In this document: positions 49,300-62,700 of the stretch, in pieces
Layout of the letters: the number at the start of each line of letters is the position of its first letter
Numbering within the stretch: position 1 is the stretch's first letter
Source of the DNA: Dendrobates tinctorius
Taxonomy: Eukaryota
Direction of reading: 5' to 3'
Assembly: GCF_039654945.1 (NCBI RefSeq)
Contig: NW_027361682.1
Coordinates: forward strand, 16,430,001-16,494,000
Length of the DNA: 64,000 bases
Program-made: the position numbers and the translations under genes
Notes under the pieces: model-generated
Told to the model about the DNA's origin: nothing
Database searches by the model: none
The model's input: only the letters and a program-made list of their open reading frames with translations

Positions 49300-50905
49300 C
49301 AGTGGGGAAAAAAAGTATTTAGTCAGTCAGCAATAGTGCAAGTTCCACCACTTAAAAAGATGAGAGGCGTCTGTAATTTACATCATAGGTAGACCTCAAC
49401 TATGGGAGACAAACTGAGAAAAAAAAATCCAGAAAATCACATTGTCTGTTTTTTTTTCATTTTATTTGCATATTATGGTGGAAAATAAGTATTTGGTAAG
49501 AAACAAGCAATCAAGATTTCTGGCTCTCACAGACCTGTAACTTCTTCTTTAAGAGTCTCCTCTTTCCTCCACTCATTACCTGTAGTAATGGCACCTGTTT
49601 AAACTTGTTATCAGTATAAAAAGACACCTGTGCACACCCTCAAACAGTCTGACTCCAAACTCCACTATGGTGAAGACCAAAGAGCTGTCAAAGGACACCA
49701 GAAACAAAATTGTAGCCCTGCACCAGGCTGGGAAGACTGAATCTGCAATAGCCAACCAGCTTGGAGTGAGGAAATCAACTGTGGGAGCAATAATTAGAAA
49801 ATGGAAGACATACAAGACCACTGATAATCTCCCTCGATCTGGTGCTCCACACAAAATCCCACCCCGTGGGGTCAGAATGATCACAAGAACGGTGAGCAAA
49901 AATCCCAGAACCACGCGGGGGGACCTAGTGAATGAACTGCAGAGAGCTGGGACCAATGTAACAAGGCCTACCATAAGTAACACACTACGCCACCATGGAC
50001 TCAGATCCTGCAGTGCTAGACGTGTCCCACTGCTTAAGCCTGTACATGTCCGGGCCCGTCTGAAGTTTGCTAGAGAGCATTTGGATGATCCAGAGGAGTT
50101 TTGGGAGAATGTCCTATGGTCTGATGAAACCAAACTGGAACTGTTTGGTAGAAACACAACTTGTCGTGTTTGGAGGAAAAAGAATACTGAGTTGCATCCA
50201 TCAAACACCATACCTACTGTAAAGCATGGTGGTGGAAACATCATGCTTTGGGGCTGTTTCTCTGCAAAGGGGCCAGGACGACTGATCCGGGTACATGAAA
50301 GAATGAATGGGGCCATGTATCGTGAGATTTTGAGTGCAAACCTCCTTCCATCAGCAAGGGCATTGAAGATGAAACGTGGCTGGGTCTTTCAACATGACAA
50401 TGATCCAAAGCACACCGCCAGGGCAACGAAGGAGTGGCTTCGTAAGAAGCATTTCAAGGTCCTGGAGTGGCCTAGCCAGTTTCCAGATCTCAACCCTATA
50501 GAAAACCTTTGGAGGGAGTTGAAAGTCCGTGTTGCCAAGCGAAAAGCCAAAAACATCACTGCTCTAGAGGAGATCTGCATGGAGGAATGGGCCAACATAC
50601 CAACAACAGTGTGTGGCAACCTTGTGAAGACTTACAGAAAACGTTTGACCTCTGTCATTGCCAACAAAGGATATATCACAAAGTATTGAGATGAAATTTT
50701 GTTTCTGACCAAATACTTATTTTCCACCATAATATGCAAATAAAATGAAAAAAAAACAGACAATGTGATTTTCTGGATTTTTTTTTCTCAGTTTGTCTCC
50801 CATAGTTGAGGTCTACCTATGATGTAAATTACAGACGCCTCTCATCTTTTTAAGTGGTGGAACTTGCACTATTGCTGACTGACTAAATACTTTTTTTCCC
50901 CACTG
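49300..50905 (+). mobile_element. Full-length Tc1 transposon (long-TIR, ZB-like), 1606 bp
   Basis: TA|CAGTGGGG...CCCCACTG|TA; 207-bp TIRs (49300-49506 and 50699-50905) that are nearly identical. Confidence 0.97.
49667..50689 (+). CDS. Tc1 transposase, 340 aa, DD34E
   Basis: Uninterrupted ORF with paired-like HTH, WSDETK, HDNDPKH and PDLNPIE (D-34-E counted). Confidence 0.95.
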   Translation: MVKTKELSKDTRNKIVALHQAGKTESAIANQLGVRKSTVGAIIRKWKTYKTTDNLPRSGAPHKIPPRGVRMITRTVSKNPRTTRGDLVNELQRAGTNVTRPTISNTLRHHGLRSCSARRVPLLKPVHVRARLKFAREHLDDPEEFWENVLWSDETKLELFGRNTTCRVWRKKNTELHPSNTIPTVKHGGGNIMLWGCFSAKGPGRLIRVHERMNGAMYREILSANLLPSARALKMKRGWVFQHDNDPKHTARATKEWLRKKHFKVLEWPSQFPDLNPIENLWRELKVRVAKRKAKNITALEEICMEEWANIPTTVCGNLVKTYRKRLTSVIANKGYITKY

Positions 50906-51189
50906 TATATACACAGAGACTGCACCAGCAGAATAGTTAGTGCAGCTCTGGAGTATAATACAGGATATAACTCAGGGTCAGTACAGGATAAGTAATGTAA
51001 TGTATGTACACAGTGACTGCACCAGCAGAATAGTGAGTGCAGCTCTGGAGTAAAATACGGGATGTAACTCAAGATCAGTACTGGATAGATAAGTAATGTA
51101 ATGTATATACACAGTGGCTGCACCAGCAGAATAATGAGTGCAGCTCTGGAGTAAAATACGGGATGTAACTGAGGATCAGTACAGGATCA

Positions 51190-52350
51190 ATTCCATTGAT
51201 ATGTTCAATGAGATTTAGATCCGGACTCATTTCTGGGCACTTCAAAACTCTCCAGCTTTTTGTTTCCATTTCTGGGTGCTTATTGACCTATGTGTGGGGG
51301 TCATTGTCCTGCTAGAAGACCCATGACATTGGACGCTAACCCACCTTTCTGACACTGGGCACTACATTGCAACCCAAAATCCTTTGGTAATCTTCAGATT
51401 TTCATGATGCCTTGTACACAGTCAATGCACCCAGTGCCAGAGGCAAACATCCCAAAACATCTTTGTACCTCCATCATATATGACTGTAGGTACTGTGTCC
51501 TTTTCTTTGTAAGCCTCATTCCATTTTCAGTAAACAGTATAATGATGTGCTTTACCAAAAAGCTCTATCTTGGTGTCATCTGTCTGCAAGACGCTTTCGC
51601 AGAGGGATTTTGGATTAAGTACATTTTGGCAAGCTGCAGTTTTGCTTTTCATGTCTCTGTGTTAGCAGCAGGGTCCTCATTGGTCTACTGCCATAGTGTT
51701 AAATTTTATGCAAAACATTGACAGATAATTTGCACTGACACTGACACACCCGGAGCCTACCGGACAGCTTGAATTTCTTTGGAATTTGATTGGGGCTGCT
51801 TATCCACCATCCGGACTATCCTGCGTTGCAACCTTTCATTAATTTTTCTCTGCCGTCCACATCCAGTGATATTAGCTATAGTGCCATGGGTTGTAATTTT
51901 CTTGATTATATTGTGCACCATGGACAAAAGGAACATCAAGATTTCTGGAGATGGACTTGTAATCTTGAGATTGTTGATATTGTTCAACAATTTTTGTTCT
52001 CAAGTCCTCAGACAATTCTCTTCTCTTTCCATTCTCCATGCTCAGTGTGGTACACACAGACACAGAATGCAAAGATTGAGCCAACTTTTCCCCTTTTTAT
52101 CTTGTTTCAGGTGTGATTTTCATTTTGCCCACACCTGTCACTTGCCACAGGTGAGTTTGAACGAGCATCACATGCTTGAAACAAAGTTGTTTACTTACAA
52201 TTTTGGAAAGTGCCAACAATGTCGTTCGGACCATTTTTGTGAGAAATTATGTCTAATTTTCCTTTTTTTATATATGTTTTTTTTTGTTGTTCCCATACAT
52301 ACAATGGAAATAAACATGTGTATAACAAAACAAGTGTGATTGCAGTAATT
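51190..52350 (-). mobile_element. Decayed Tc1 element (different family)
   Basis: Fragments KRRELSEDLRTKIVEQYQ, THGTIANITGCGRQRKI and PEMSPDLNLIEH with frameshifts. The 3' end is lost at the satellite junction. Confidence 0.8.
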
Positions 52351-54804
52351 TTCTGGCATTTTCTGCACATTACAGGATATTGCGGGGTGGATTTGGCAAT
52401 GGACATATTTTAGTTGTTGGTCTCGTCGCCCCTTACTGATGCTGCAGTGAATCTCTCTGATACTCCTCTGTCCTCTCGCTTTATCGCTTTACCTTTTATT
52501 ACACATGTTACTACAATAACGAGCTCCAAGATTATCCCCTTTTATTTTTGGCATCCAGATGGTGGATAGTTAAGGTGAGTGTCATTGTGGGGGCGCTGGC
52601 GGTGCAGTAGCAGATTTTTCACGGCCCCTCCTCGCTGGCTGTGTGACAGATTTGCTTTCTCAGGCGAGGAATATTGCTGCGTATTTCTCCGTGTCACGTT
52701 TATTGGGATTGTACCGCTGGGTGCGGATTATTATTAGTCGGGATCTGGTGAGATTAATGAGAGGAGACTACAAACTGTTATTTCTGGAAAGAAAACAGCG
52801 CTTAATAATAGAAGCGTGATGGATCACGTCGGGATGTTCATTCACCGTCTCAAGCACATCTCCTATCCTCTGCAGTGCCATAGAGGTGAATGGGAAAGTG
52901 CCGGCTGCCACCACTAGGGGGAGCGCACTGCATACATCAGGGTGACGCAGCCTCCTTCTCCCGAAAGGTGGTTTACAGGTTGTCACCCAGCTTTCCTAAT
53001 GTTCTTAATGGCTCAGCTACTAGATATCCTATAGAAAGGTGATATATCACATAACTAGGGAAGGAACCAGGTTTGGGAAAGCTGTGTGGTGTGATGGATA
53101 TATTAAAGATCCTATATGGCATGTCATCCAACTTTCCTATATCCTGGAATTACAGATTTATCATGGATTAGAGTATTTATCATTTAAATAAGGCATTGCA
53201 GTCTGGAACTTGGGGAAGATACAGTAGATCACAACCAGTATGGGTGCTGATTTCACCCAGCTTTCCTAGTTCCTCTGAACAGCCAATCTGCCTTATTATG
53301 GAATCACAACAATGGACATATGACATACGTAAAAATGGTTTAGTACTAAGAAGTTTAGAGAACTGACAACCAATAAAGGTGTATTACAGCTTCCACATGG
53401 GACGTCACCAGCTTTCCTTGAACCCTGAATTACTGATCTATCTCTCTAGTAAAGCAAGAACGGGGGGTTCTATCAAAAGATATTTCCCAGTCTGGAGTTT
53501 GGGATAACTGGCTGACATCCGCAAAAAAAGCCCATTACAGCTTCTGCATGCAATATAACCCAGCTTTCCTAGATCCCTGAATGGCCTGTCTTTCTTAAAA
53601 TGAAAGTAAAACGGGACTTATCACACAACTAAGGAGAGGGCTAGCCTTGGGAAAGCCAGCGGGTATTCTGTATATGCGCATTACGTCTCCTGCAGGGAAA
53701 CCACCCAGCTTTCCCAGTAACCTGAGTGGCTTACTTGAAATGCAATTAAAGCAGAGACGGCAGCACACCACTATGGGGGCTGCCTGACTGAGCCCTCCAG
53801 GAGATGTCACCCGGCTTTACCAGTGCACTGAACGGCCGATCTCTCTAGTTATACGTGGCGGTGGATTTATGCTATAACTAGGGGTTTGGGAAAGCTGATT
53901 GGCAACCAGTACGGGAGCATTACATCTCCTGCATGGGTTGTTGGCCAGCTCTCCTAGTGCCCTGAGTGGCAGGTCCAGTGAAGATGTAACTTAAGGACAC
54001 TGGAACAACTAGCGACAACCAATCTGTCCACAAAGCATAGTCCCAACCAGAGGCCAGAGATAAGCTCCCGATACTCTGATCTCTTTTCATCGTCTTTGCC
54101 GTGTGAAGTTTTGCCGCAGGGGTGCCAAGTGTGGGAACAGAGCTGTCAAGCTGCCGGGCCCGCTGGGGTGTCACGACCTTACACCGGGCTGGTAATTACG
54201 CCCGAGGCTACCTGAGCAGTCATTTCATGCAGTATCCAGCCCCCGCCTGCCGCCTCTGGGGACCGATCGCTCCTGTCTGTCGGAACATTCTTGGCAAGAT
54301 GCTTCCAAAAACATCTCGAAAATTAATTACAGCTGTTCGGATTTATTGCAAATTTGCCCATTTCTTTCATGCCTTCTGGGTGGTTATTAAGCCGCGGTGG
54401 GTCCCTCGGGGGGGGGGGGGTTCAGCTGTTAGGGAGCCCATACACCTGGCCAGAAGGGGTTAAAGCCGTCCGTCGATCATCTGTTTTTTTTTTTCTTTTT
54501 GGGGCAATATTAGCCGCCCACATCCTGAAAAAAAAATGATGCCGGCTGCCAGGAAAGAAAATATCAAAAAGCGGCTGCGAATGCAACTGAGATAAGTGGC
54601 GTCACACCCGAGCTTTGTAATTGGCGATCGGGCGGCTGCACGCCTCGTCGCGGGGGGATGTCATCCCCCCACACCATTAAATCTAATTAAAGGTTATTTT
54701 TAGATAATTGACTCGCCGTACACACTGTACTTTATAGGATTAATCTGTGTTTACATCACCACTGCTTTTCCCATAGAATAACGCTGGCGGTTTTCTCTTT
54801 ACAG

Positions 54805-54880
54805 GGTGCACCCCGCTGAAGTGTGGGCGAGCAGTGACCGATGCTGTGATCACCCAAGAGGAGGCCAGGAGGATGTGGAG
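54805..54880 (+). CDS. OGFOD3: OGFOD3 exon 3
   Basis: CTPLKCGRAVTDAVITQEEARRMW (human CTPRKCGRGVTDVVITREEAERIR), 76 nt. Confidence 0.95.
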
Positions 54881-55529
54881 GTAAAGATCCTAAAGATCCA
54901 GGGGAGAAGTTAGCTAGGGCTGGTGAACTACAGGGCCCAGCAGGTCTTGCTTTTTCTTACTCAACTGTGTGGTTTTATTAAAAGGGGGTCACTTATTGTG
55001 AGTATGAAGGTGTCACGATGGACTGATGACGCCAAATGAATGTAAAGGACAATATGGCCGACAGTAGTAAGTGTCTGACACATGGGGTCAATAGATTGGT
55101 TGCTCACTCAGTATTTCTCCTGACTCCTCCAAAAGCGTGCAGTCTCCTTCAGCTCAGCCATCTCGCCTGACTCAGCAAATACATGCATGCTCAGTTTCAC
55201 TGAGCGAGCATGTGTCCGCTGTGGGAAGAGGAGGAGAAGCTGCTATCAGACACCTCTGGTGTCAATTTATCTCACCAAGACCAAAAGGGTCAGGTAGCTA
55301 AAATTTAACATGCCCGATCTTTATGGGGAAAACTCAAGATGTCCAACACACATACATCAGCAAGTTCATCTGATATATTGTAATATGTATAGTCAGTCTG
55401 GGCTGTCGCCCAACACCTCTGGTAGCACATGATTGGGCATGTTGAAATCCAGCATGTGCCATCCTTCCTTCCCCAATATCGAGCTTAATTAGGAGACTTT
55501 TATAGACTTTTTAGGCCATCACCTGTGAG

Positions 55530-55965
55530 TTATATCATTGAGAAGTGGAAAGAACTGCCTTCTAGTGGAGACCCCTTAGAGTTACAGAGTGGGGTCACCT
55601 AGTGCTGATGGGCAGAGGGCAGAAAAGTCACGAATGCTCCTAGACCTCCTTTGGTATTTCAATCAGCATAAACACTGATCCCCCGCCTGGAGCTTCATGG
55701 CCGAGCAGCTGCGTGCAGCCTTACATCACCAAACGCAATGCCGAGCGTCGGATGGAGTGGTGTAAAGCCGCCACCACTGGACTCTGGCAGAAACGTGTTC
55801 AATGCAGTGACGGATCACACTTCTCCGGTATCTAAGGGACGAGTCTGGGTTTGGTGAATACCAGGAGAATATTACTCGCCTGACTGCACTGTGCCAGTGT
55901 TCAGCCGGGAGGTGATAAAGTTCCTGTAGTGTAATGTGGAGGGGGCACATACTTTTCTCCAAATA
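55530..55965 (+). mobile_element. Decayed Tc1 transposase fragment
   Basis: ELHGRAAA...ITKRNAERRMEWCKA...HWT-like remnants. Confidence 0.6.
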
Positions 55966-56523
55966 CTGTAATCTATATTGGACATCGTTGGCCTCTCTGC
56001 GCTCTAATATCACAGAGGAAAGAGATTAAGAATTAGTTGTCATAATGTTGCAGATTTTCCAGCAGACTCGGCAGGACTGCACGTAATTACAGACCTCGAT
56101 CACCCAGCGGGGGGAGCGCAGCTTACACAGAGCAAATATACCACAAGGTGTGAGGAGACTGTAGAGAGAAGTGATGGCTGTCCACAGACCCCGCTCTCCT
56201 CTGTATATTGCTTTTCTTCTTAGAAGTTTTACATTAAATTCCCTCATTTAGTCACAAGGTCATCCAGGCTTCTCCTAAATGCACCGGTGGGAATAGCCGC
56301 AACATCAAGGGTCCTAAGACTCCGCCACAATGGCCACTGCTTTCATTGGGATCCCAACAGGATTGGTTATTGATGCCTGCTCTGTAGGAATAAGTCCATC
56401 TCTGATGCCCCAATATTGGGAGGCGGACAAATATTAAAGGATTTTCTCACCTAAGTTGTAATATAGGGAGTTGTGCTTATGACCCTTCTTTCTTCAGTGA
56501 CAGTCCTGCCTTAGAATGAAAAT

Positions 56524-56655
56524 TTAAAGGGGTTGTCCACCACTTTGATATTAATGACCAATCTTCAGCATAGGTCATCAGTCTCAGATCGATGGGGATC
56601 CAATATCAGCTGCAACGACAGTCATCAATATCAAAGTAGTGACGAACCCCTTCAA
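56524..56655. mobile_element. Short T2/Kolobok-type MITE
   Basis: ttaa|aggggttgtccaccactttgatatt is inverted against aatatcaaagtagtgacgaacccct. Confidence 0.65.
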
Positions 56656-57758
56656 AGGTTTTTTTTCCCCACAAACAGCCAATTATCATCTATATACAGG
56701 ATGGATGGTAAATGTTTGGGATCCCAGCTAATCGTGAGCACCAAATGTGATCGGAGCGTTAGTGAGCATGTGCGACCATCGCTCCTGTAGACAGTGTATA
56801 GAGCAGTGGTCGCACATACTGACTTCACACAGGGGACTTAGGATCGGTGAAGGTCCCAGCGACCATACATTTATTATCTGTCCTGGGGATAGGCTATATG
56901 TGTTGTCATGGGACAGCCCCAACATCACAGTGACTTAATCTGCTGTCCCCATACAGAATTCATGAACGGTTAAGCATTATTGTGTATGAGGGGGGGTTGC
57001 CCCCCAAAGGCTCAATTGGCCAACCACTGTCTGAGCTGTATGGGCACCTTGGGCCTTGAAAGCCGGAAAATGCAGAAAACGGAGAAAGCAACTTGTTAGT
57101 AGCTAGAACGCTCCCCATCTCAGTCTGCAGTATTAATAAAACTTTTCCTTAAGGAAAAAATAAAAATCATGGGAGCCACTTATAATGGGTCTTGTCTATT
57201 AATGCAACTCAGCTGGATTAAAGTGACTGGAGCTGAGCTGTATTACCGCTCACAACCTGTGAACAAGTGTGGCGCTGTAGAATGCAAAAATCTGTTTAAT
57301 AATGCAAACTTAGACTAGGAAATGCTAATTTTCCGCTCTAGTAGAATGATTTAGTGAGTGCTGTGCACTTAGCTTTTATGAAGACATTTGAATGACAACT
57401 TAATCTAAAAGAGACTCTGTTAAAGTCAGTAAATCTGGCTTCTGTTCTGTCAATGGGAGCCGCCGGCTTCTGTTTCCAGTTATGGTGAAGGCATCTGGGA
57501 AATAGTTTCCAACCTTCTATTTCTTTAAGCCTGAAAGATCAGGACCCTGTATATAGACTGAAGCCTGAGCTCTGAGACCCCCCATTCTCCTGGCCAGCAC
57601 CCCTCCCTCCACCATCTTGCCACTTCTCAGCTCCCGGTATAACCTTACACCCCGGCTCCTGGTAAATACACACAGGCTCGCACGGCAGCAGTACACCGCG
57701 GCCCGCCAGCGCCTGCTTCTCCTTCAGATATGATTACAGCCTCTGTGTTTCCTTACAG

Positions 57759-57801
57759 GATCGCCGAGGCGGGATTGTCCCTCGGAGGCTCTGACGGAGG
57801 G
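57759..57801 (+). CDS. OGFOD3: OGFOD3 exon 4
   Basis: IAEAGLSLGGSDGG|gtgagt (human VAEKGLSLGGSDGG), 43 nt. The gene continues beyond the window. Confidence 0.95.
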
Positions 57802-59313
57802 GTGAGTATTGGATATCAGAGGCTTTTCAGCGCTTTCTCGAGCCCCTTTGGCTGTGAAACAAGTAATCCATCCTGTGCTTTCATAGCGGCGTGCCCATCC
57901 ATCGTAATCCTGAGACCGCATTAACACTTACATATCAATCCTCCAAAAGGGTGAGAGTCAGTAAACATTTATTTTGTTTTTTACCAAATACAGCACCATC
58001 CTTGTCCAAAGGTTGTGAGTAGTATTGCAGCTCTGCGCTATTTACGGAGCTGCAGTACCAGACCCAACCTGTTGATAAGGGTGGCGCTGTGTTTGGAATA
58101 AGGCAGTTTTTTTTTTGAAGCCTGCTTTTTCTATTTTCCTGTCTTCCTTTCGTGGTAATTGATGGTATGGTACTGCAGAAAGTACCTTTCATTACCACCT
58201 GCTTCATTAGGAACCTTTGGACCTTTAAAGAACCCATTTTAACACATGGCTATGTATTTGGAGAGGACTCCATCCAGCCCACTCCATTCAATCCTGACCA
58301 ACGCAAGGTATCCCAGCAATCAGATATTTATCCACAAGATGTTTTATGCGAAAACCTCTTAAGAAGTACTCTCCTTTGGGCAATGCCTTCTTGTGATAAG
58401 GGTCCTTTAATAATGAGCTAATCACAAAGAAACTCCATGATGAGGCCTCCGGCGATCAGTTCTGATCTGTGGGTAAACCTGGCTGTGAGTGTTTTATTTC
58501 TATGCAGCACCACCGCTGGAGAAATGAGGTATTACACAGGGTCCATTCAAATCAATGGGATCTGTAAGGCAGGAGACAGGACAGGTCCTCCGAGGAGAGA
58601 AACAGGTGTGTGATACTGGGTTTTCTAAACTGGACAGCCCCTTTAATTCTCTAGGCCGAAACACTTCTTCACAGCTAAAAGGGAGCAACACCAATATGAA
58701 TGATGTGCATGGATCATATTTATCTGGTTAATTGATGGATTAGCATTAACTAGTAATGGGATCAGGGACCAATTAGAATGGCATCTTGGGCACCGAGCCT
58801 TTACCCCATACCGACGCCATCTTTGTGATGGAGGAGGAGCACGTGAACTGCAGCTGGGGTAATTATGAGCTGCAGTACCTGACACTGACCATAGACTACA
58901 GTGGTGCTATATCTTGGAGAAAAATAAACAGTTCCTTTTTTTTCCTATTAAACAACCCTCATTTTTGTTCTCCTCTCTTCCATATTACAGTGTGACAGTC
59001 ACATCATGTGAGATTAAATCTGCCTGTCCCAGCGTTATCCTGTGCCTCCTAGGGTTAATCAGGCTGCTGCGAACCTGTCATAACATTTCAGGAATCTCCA
59101 CCACAGGAGCTTCTCAGTACTGGTGACACAATGGGCAGCTTTGACACTGCAGTGACAGCCACACAGCAGTGGAAATGCCTCATACCAGTAGTCAGGGAAG
59201 CTCAGAAATACAGGTGGCCCCACCAGTGTTATCATCAGATATGATTTTTTTATTATTATTATTCATTTAAAGAGTTAATCCCTTATTTATAAATGAATAT
59301 TGTCAGATAGATC

Positions 59314-59683
59314 TTGTAAAAGCAAGCAATTTTGCAATTTACTGCTTAACAAAATTTGCAGCCGTACTTGAGATAGTAACACTTTTGTTTACAGCTTGTT
59401 GCCTAGGATACCGACCACTGCTGCTGTCTTAACTGGTAAGCACTGTGCTGTAGTTGGCTGGGATTGGGTGTTAATTGTGCACTCCAGAGATCCTGTTGAG
59501 CTTTAAAACATCTCTTACAAGCTTGATAGAAAAGAGCTTGTACGCACTGCGCATGCACTGCTGTCTTGAATCGGTGTTAAGTCTCCAAGGCAACGAGCTG
59601 TAAACAAAAGTGATGTGTTACTGCCTCAAGAACAGCTGAAAATTTTAATAAGTATTAAATTGAAAATTTGCTTGTTTTTACAA
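59314..59683. mobile_element. Palindromic MITE
   Basis: ttgtaaaagcaagcaatttt...cttttgtttacagcttgttgcc is inverted against ggcaacgagctgtaaacaaaag...aaatttgcttgtttttacaa. Confidence 0.7.
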
Positions 59684-59703
59684 GCATTATCCAAGAGTGA
59701 ATG

Positions 59704-62700
59704 TGTCATGATCCCAGTGCAGGTTTTTGAGCTGCACACCGGGGGTTAATGTCTGGAGCTCTGTGCAGGTTTTGACCTGCACACTTGGGGTTAATGATTG
59801 TGGCCTCTTTCTGGTTCTGGGAGAGCTTCATAAACCCCTGGGTAGCTTCAATCCCTGCCACTTATACTTTTGCCTTTGGCCTAGTGTGCTGACCGCCGTG
59901 TGCCTGTTTGTTGCTATAGCTTGTTTATATGGTTCTGACCCGCCTCTGTTTCCCGTTGTGAGTTTGCCTGTTGATTTTGTACTGCGTTATTATCTGTGTA
60001 TGACTCATTGCCTGTGACCTGACTACTCTCTGCTCGCCCCTCTTGTACCTTGCAACTATCTGTGTATGACTCATTGCCTGTGACCTGACTACTCTCTGCT
60101 CGCCCCTCTGGTACCTTGCAGCTATCTCTGTGTGTGACTCATTGGCTACGTCCTGACTATTCTCACTGTCTATGCCCCCTGGTAACTTTGTCTCGCAGTT
60201 ACCCTGCTAGGAGTTATCTTGCAGCTCCTAGCTCTGTGGAGTTTAGGCCACGCCCCTAGCAGTCACGTGCTTCAGGTCCTGCGGCTCTGAAGTACACATC
60301 TATTCGGTTGCTGCCCGCTCCACAGGTAGCTTTGAGCACTGTTCGCTTTACTCAGGACACGCGCACTGGCTCAGTGAGCAAGTTCAGTGCGGTGTCTCTG
60401 ACATTATAACTGGCCTACCATTTTTTTTTTTCTCTCCTCACTTCTGCAGCATGGACCCAATGTGTGCTTTATCTGAGCAGGTGAAAAGCTTGACTCCGTC
60501 ACTGCAGAAGCTTAGTTTGGAACACCAAGCTCTGGCCCAGTCCCAACGGCGGGTTGAGGACTCAGTTCAGGGGGTACTTTCAGCAGGCTTCCAGCAGGTG
60601 GGGAATAGAGATGTCATTTTAGTCCCACCTGAATCCCCGGTTAAATTGCCAGATATATTTTCTGGTAACAAGGATGAGTTCAGGGCATTTAAGGAGGGCT
60701 ATAAGCTTTTTTTTTTTCTTTGAGACCCCGCTCCTCTGGGGATGAGAAACAAAGGGTGGGGGTGGTGATGTCCCTGCTTAGGGGGTCCCCACAAGCTTGG
60801 GCATTCTCGCTTTCCTCTTCTGCCCCTGAGAGAATGTCTGTGGATGCATTTTTTGAAGCCTTAGGGCTTATTTATGATGAGCCTGATAGAGTGCGGTTGG
60901 CTGAGGACAAAGTAATGAGTGTCTGTCAGGGGGAGCACTCGGCCGAATGGTTCTGTACTGAATTCAGACGTTGGGCAGCGGAGATTTCCTGGAGTGATGC
61001 CGCCCTTCGGGGGCTGTTCCACAGAGGCCTGTGTGAACGTCTGAAGGATGCTTTGGCACTCCATCCTCCGCCTGACTCCCTGGAGGATGCCATGGTCCAA
61101 GCGGTTCGCATGGATCGCAGGCTGCGGGCTAGAGGCATTATGCAACGGGAATCGCCCTTATTCAGTGGAGATGAGACCCAGACTCTTCCTATGGCTATGG
61201 AGGTGAGCGCTGTCACCTGTGCAAATATGGTGCTGCAGGTGGAACTGGAACTTGGTTATGGTCCTGTTCACACTACTGCTTTTATTGACTGCGGTTCTGC
61301 TGTGAACCTGATTGATACCAAGGTTATGACTCTTAATAAGATAGGGACAGTCAGGCTTCATGATCCTGTTAAACTTGTGGCAATTGACTCATCTCCTCTT
61401 ACCCAAGATGGTATCTGTTGCAGGTCTGAACTTTTTTCTCTAAAAGTGGGTTCCACTCATGTGGAGAAACTAAGTTGTCTGGTGCTAGATAACTTGCCTG
61501 CAGGACTGGTACTGGGGATGCCTTGGCTTCAACGCCATAATCCTACCATTGATTGGGTTACAGGGGAAATCACTCAATGGGGATGCAATAATAAATGTGG
61601 TAACCGGGGACATCTTGTTAACGCTGTTAAATCCGTGTCTGTGTCGTCTGTCGATCTGGAAGGTATTCCGGAGTACCTGAAAGATTTCGAAGACGTTTTT
61701 TCCGAAAGTGAGGCTGAGGCGCTGCCACCACATAGACCCTATGATTGTGCCATTGATTTAGTACCCGGAGCCAAGTTACCTAAGGCTCGATTGTTCAATT
61801 TGTCTGGGCCTGAGCGCCAAGCCATGAAGGAGTACATAGCTGAGAGTCTCCGCAAAGGGCATATCAGGCCTTCTGTGTCACCTGTGGCAGCAGGGTTCTT
61901 CTTTGTGAAGAAAAAAGATGGTGGTTTGCGGTCGTGCCTCGACTTTCGGGAACTGAACAAGATAACGGTTAGGAACTCTTACCCGCTTCCCCTCATCCCA
62001 GACATTTGCAACCAGTTAACTGGGGCCCAATGGTTCTCCAAGTTAGATCTGCGGGGGGCCTACAATCTGATAAGGGTTCGGGAGGGGGACGAGTGGAAAA
62101 CGGCATTCCTCACATCAGAAGGACTATTTGAGAACCTGGTAATGCCATTTGGGTTAACTAATGCACCCGCTATTTTCAAAAATTTCATCAATGTTGTGTT
62201 TTCTGATCTGATAGGCCGTTTTGTTATTATTTATTTGGATGATATTTTGGTGTATTCCCCGGACAGTCAATCTCACTTGCAACATCTAAAGACAGTTCTC
62301 CAGAGACACAGGGAGAACCAATTGTTCGCCAAATTGGAAAAATATTCGTTTTTTGTACAGGAGCTGTCTTTTTTGGGGTTGATTGTGTCCTGTGAGGGGT
62401 TTCGTATGGATCCTAAGAAGGTGCTGGCGATCGCTGACTGGGTTCAGCCTCGAGATCTCAAGGGGCTCCAGCACTTCTTAGGATTTGCGAACTATTACCG
62501 GAGATTCATTAAAGGTTTCTCACAAGTGGTGAAACCACTCACGGATCTTACCCAGAAGGGAGCTGATGTAAAAAATTGGTCTGTACTCGCTAAGGAATCC
62601 TTCTCAGCGATTAAGAAATGTTTTATGTCTGCCCCGGTGTTGGTGCAACCTGACCCGTCCAAACCATTCATTGTGGAGGTGGATGCTTCTGAAGTGGGGG

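Larger units (their letters stand above)
48822..51188. repeat. 97-bp satellite (gtgactgcaccagcagaatagtgagtgcagctctgg...) interrupted by the Tc1
   Basis: About 5 units at 48822-49299 and about 3 units at 50906-51188. Confidence 0.9.

Noticed and set aside
49576-50316. 246-aa antisense ORF in the Tc1
   Set aside because: Shadow ORF opposite the transposase.
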